A stretch of DNA of 32,000 nucleotides from Candidatus Lokiarchaeum ossiferum. Lineage in GTDB: Archaea > Asgardarchaeota > Lokiarchaeia > Sigyniarchaeales > Promethearchaeaceae. Below are positions 31,610 through 32,000 of the stretch, one piece after another. The position numbers and the translations under genes are program-made. Under the pieces are notes generated by a model, which had not been told where the DNA came from, searched no databases, and was given only the letters and a program-made list of their open reading frames with translations. Every line of letters starts with the position of its first letter. The first letter of the stretch is position 1. Where the stretch lies: the NCBI GenBank assembly GCA_025839675.1, contig CP104013.1, positions 4,080,001-4,112,000 on the forward strand. The letters run 5' to 3'.

Positions 31610-31999
31610 TCAATAGACTCCATCTGTGTGTTTGAGAAAAGGGAAGATTTCATTAAATATTTCTTCTCCCGCTTTATACCTCTCATTTGAACTGGGAGTA
31701 TTCTTTAATGATTCTTCAAACATCGATTCAAACTCCTCAACAAACTTTTTGAGTCCCTTTTGCAAAACCAGAGAAACCTGATTTGTTGCTACCGTTGCTG
31801 TGATATATTCTCCTGAATCCAATATCAATGAGACATCGCTATTGATGATTTTTGTTATATAACCTTTTGATTTTAAGGAGGATTGATGCAATGTAGTTAA
31901 AGTCGAATTTAGAAATGTGAAATAGTTTTCATCCAGTTCATTTTTCGTATTTTTGGTTTCGAAGGTTAACGATAGCAAATTTAACTTTGTTTCTTTGTG
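31610..31999 (-). CDS. Hypothetical protein, C-terminal part (ORF open to the window's 3' edge); possible alpha/beta sensor/roadblock-longin-like fold
   Basis: The reading frame continues upstream of the TTG at 31976-31978 to the window end ('...HKETKLNLLSLTFETK'). The helix, three strands and helix pattern 'GYITKIINSDVSLILDSGEYITATVATNQVSLVLQKGLKKFVEEFESMFEE' is only suggestive. Confidence 0.45.
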   Translation of the reverse strand, partial: HKETKLNLLSLTFETKNTKNELDENYFTFLNSTLTTLHQSSLKSKGYITKIINSDVSLILDSGEYITATVATNQVSLVLQKGLKKFVEEFESMFEESLKNTPSSNERYKAGEEIFNEIFPFLKHTDGVY

Positions 32000-32000
32000 A

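Noticed and set aside
1-32000. Search for tRNA, rRNA or other structured RNA genes and for mobile elements in the intergenic gaps (2818-3046, 5284-5510, 11339-11607, 13708-13916, 24644-24846 and 31026-31130, among others).
   Set aside because: In an AT-rich archaeal genome, stable RNAs stand out as G+C-rich islands, and none of the gaps shows one. I saw no cloverleaf-compatible stems. No transposase or integrase-like ORF, terminal inverted repeat or target-site duplication was noticed. This is a by-eye negative, so tRNAscan-SE or Infernal should confirm it.

Overview
The window is AT-rich (roughly one-third G+C by eye), gene-dense, and has no rRNA, tRNA, CRISPR array or recognisable mobile element. 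I support about 27 protein-coding genes on both strands.

Expression signals look archaeal:
- A/T-rich TATA-like boxes lie about 25 nt upstream of several ATGs, which implies leaderless mRNAs.
- Oligo-T runs follow convergent gene ends.
- Shine-Dalgarno-like motifs appear only at some starts (29007 and the internal start at 25719).

The protein repertoire suggests an Asgard/Loki-like archaeon, but that is inference only. It includes Lys-rich proteins, many orphan alpha-helical or membrane proteins, Ig-repeat surface proteins, a GIFT/DUF4350-like protein and a VTT/DedA-like protein.

Recognisable housekeeping or accessory genes:
- acyl-CoA synthetase (3' part)
- beta-class DNA methyltransferase
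- two GPH-family sugar:cation symporters and a GH35/42-like beta-galactosidase
- threonine aldolase
- isopropylmalate/isocitrate-family dehydrogenase
- sugar-phosphate nucleotidyltransferase
- multi-PAS histidine kinase
- GlcD-like FAD oxidase fused to a 2x[4Fe-4S] module

Most interesting candidates:
1. A surface module made of a membrane-anchored clan-CD (legumain/GPI8-like) protease convergent with a 971-aa adhesin of 10 Ig repeats. Both share a C-terminal TM plus poly-Lys anchor.
2. A protein whose GIFT domain, Pro-rich linker and coiled coil mirror IFT52.
3. A His-bearing 4-TM protein translationally coupled (GTGA overlap) to the cytoplasmic FAD/FeS oxidoreductase.
4. An RHH regulator preceded by a triple 9-bp tandem repeat that abuts its TATA box.
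5. A response-regulator gene broken by an in-frame TAA.

All family calls rest on motifs read by eye. No database search was run.
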